Positions 63,729 to 64,000 of a stretch of DNA of 64,000 nucleotides are shown here, one piece after another (positions within the stretch are counted from its first letter, which is position 1; each line of letters opens with the position of its first letter). The notes beneath the pieces were generated by a model. That model was not told the origin of the DNA. It was given only the letters and a program-made list of their open reading frames with translations, and made no database searches. Made by a program: the position numbers and the translations under genes. The DNA is from an uncultured Pseudomonadales bacterium (GTDB lineage Bacteria; Patescibacteriota; Microgenomatia; UBA1400; PJMF01): positions 62 to 64,061 of the forward strand of contig CAZBEW010000002.1 of NCBI GenBank assembly GCA_964491115.1. The letters are read 5' to 3'.

Positions 63729-64000
63729 ATGCCAGAAAGCAAAAAAAATTCCACAGCTAAAAAGGCTGATTCATCTAAAAAGAGTAGTGCTAAAGTAGCA
63801 GCAACTAGTACTGTCAAAAAAGCTGTTGCTAAGAAAGCCAGTGTCAAGAAAGCTAGTGTCAAAAAAGTCGCTGCCACTAAGAAAACTGCCACCAAAAAGC
63901 CCGCTGCCGCCAAAAAACCCAGTGCTGTAAAAAAAGCGGCTCCAGCAGTCAAAGTTGAGGAAAAATCAGCCTCAGCCGTCAAAAAATCAGCTCCAGCCGT
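63729..64000 (+). CDS. Lys/Ala-rich histone H1-like basic protein, 5' part (runs off window end)
   Basis: SD aaggaag 5 nt before ATG 63729. Open to the window end: MPESKKNSTAKKADSSKKSSAKVAATSTVKKAVAKKASVKKASVKKVAATKKTATKKPAAAKKPSAVKKAAPAVK... The ORF-track call 63641..63982(-) is its antisense shadow. Confidence 0.5.
   Translation, partial: MPESKKNSTAKKADSSKKSSAKVAATSTVKKAVAKKASVKKASVKKVAATKKTATKKPAAAKKPSAVKKAAPAVKVEEKSASAVKKSAPA

Noticed and set aside
63641-63982. 113-aa minus-strand ORF at window end
   Set aside because: It is the antisense frame of the K/A-rich plus-strand ORF. The GCT/GCC/AAG periodicity gives an A/L/F-rich shadow, and the plus-strand ORF has a proper SD-ATG.
1-64000. 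CRISPR arrays, rRNA genes, transposases/integrases
   Set aside because: No regularly spaced direct repeats with unique spacers, no rRNA-like conserved stretches, and no ORF with DDE/tyrosine-recombinase motifs were seen. The many short tandem duplications have two to three copies without spacers, so they are not CRISPR.

Overview
This 64-kb window comes from a low-GC, small-genome bacterium that uses the standard genetic code (TGA is a stop; long conserved genes such as topA, dnaB and cysS read through intact). The gene content and style resemble a CPR/Patescibacteria-like organism, but that is an inference. Most of the window is tightly packed housekeeping genes:

- **Translation and RNA:** def-fmt, rpmB, rpsF-ssb-rpsR, rpmE-prfA, hisS, cysS, ychF, tgt, an rluA-family gene, hpf, tRNA-Ala(CGC) and tRNA-Leu(CAA).
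- **DNA metabolism:** topA, dprA, recR, dnaB, radC.
- **Cell envelope:** mreC-mreD-PBP2, an O-antigen-ligase/TPR protein, lgt, ctpA, a site-2 protease, and a PspC-domain protein.
- **Thymidylate module:** thyA, a CofE-like ligase, a DHFR-like reductase, dut and tmk, next to a deaminase-fusion / HAD / HIT / cytidylyltransferase cluster.

The clearest accessory region is about 6.7-12.9 kb. It holds a MazG-like pyrophosphohydrolase translationally coupled to a PD-(D/E)xK-nuclease + P-loop ATPase (DUF2075-like) protein, then a type II C5-methyltransferase with a convergent putative restriction endonuclease. Upstream of the methyltransferase sits a small divergent ORF with a perfect palindromic operator. 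The region ends with a GC-rich DUF2779-like nuclease gene.

It is flanked by a divergent pair of giant uncharacterised proteins; the one on the minus strand runs past the window edge and is missed by the ORF track. Downstream lies a metalloprotease / giant-membrane-protein / site-2-protease operon.

Many intergenic spacers contain short tandem duplications of 13-34 bp. Several proteins carry Lys/Ala-rich low-complexity tails, and a histone-H1-like ORF runs off the 3' end of the window. No CRISPR array, rRNA or obvious mobile element was seen.
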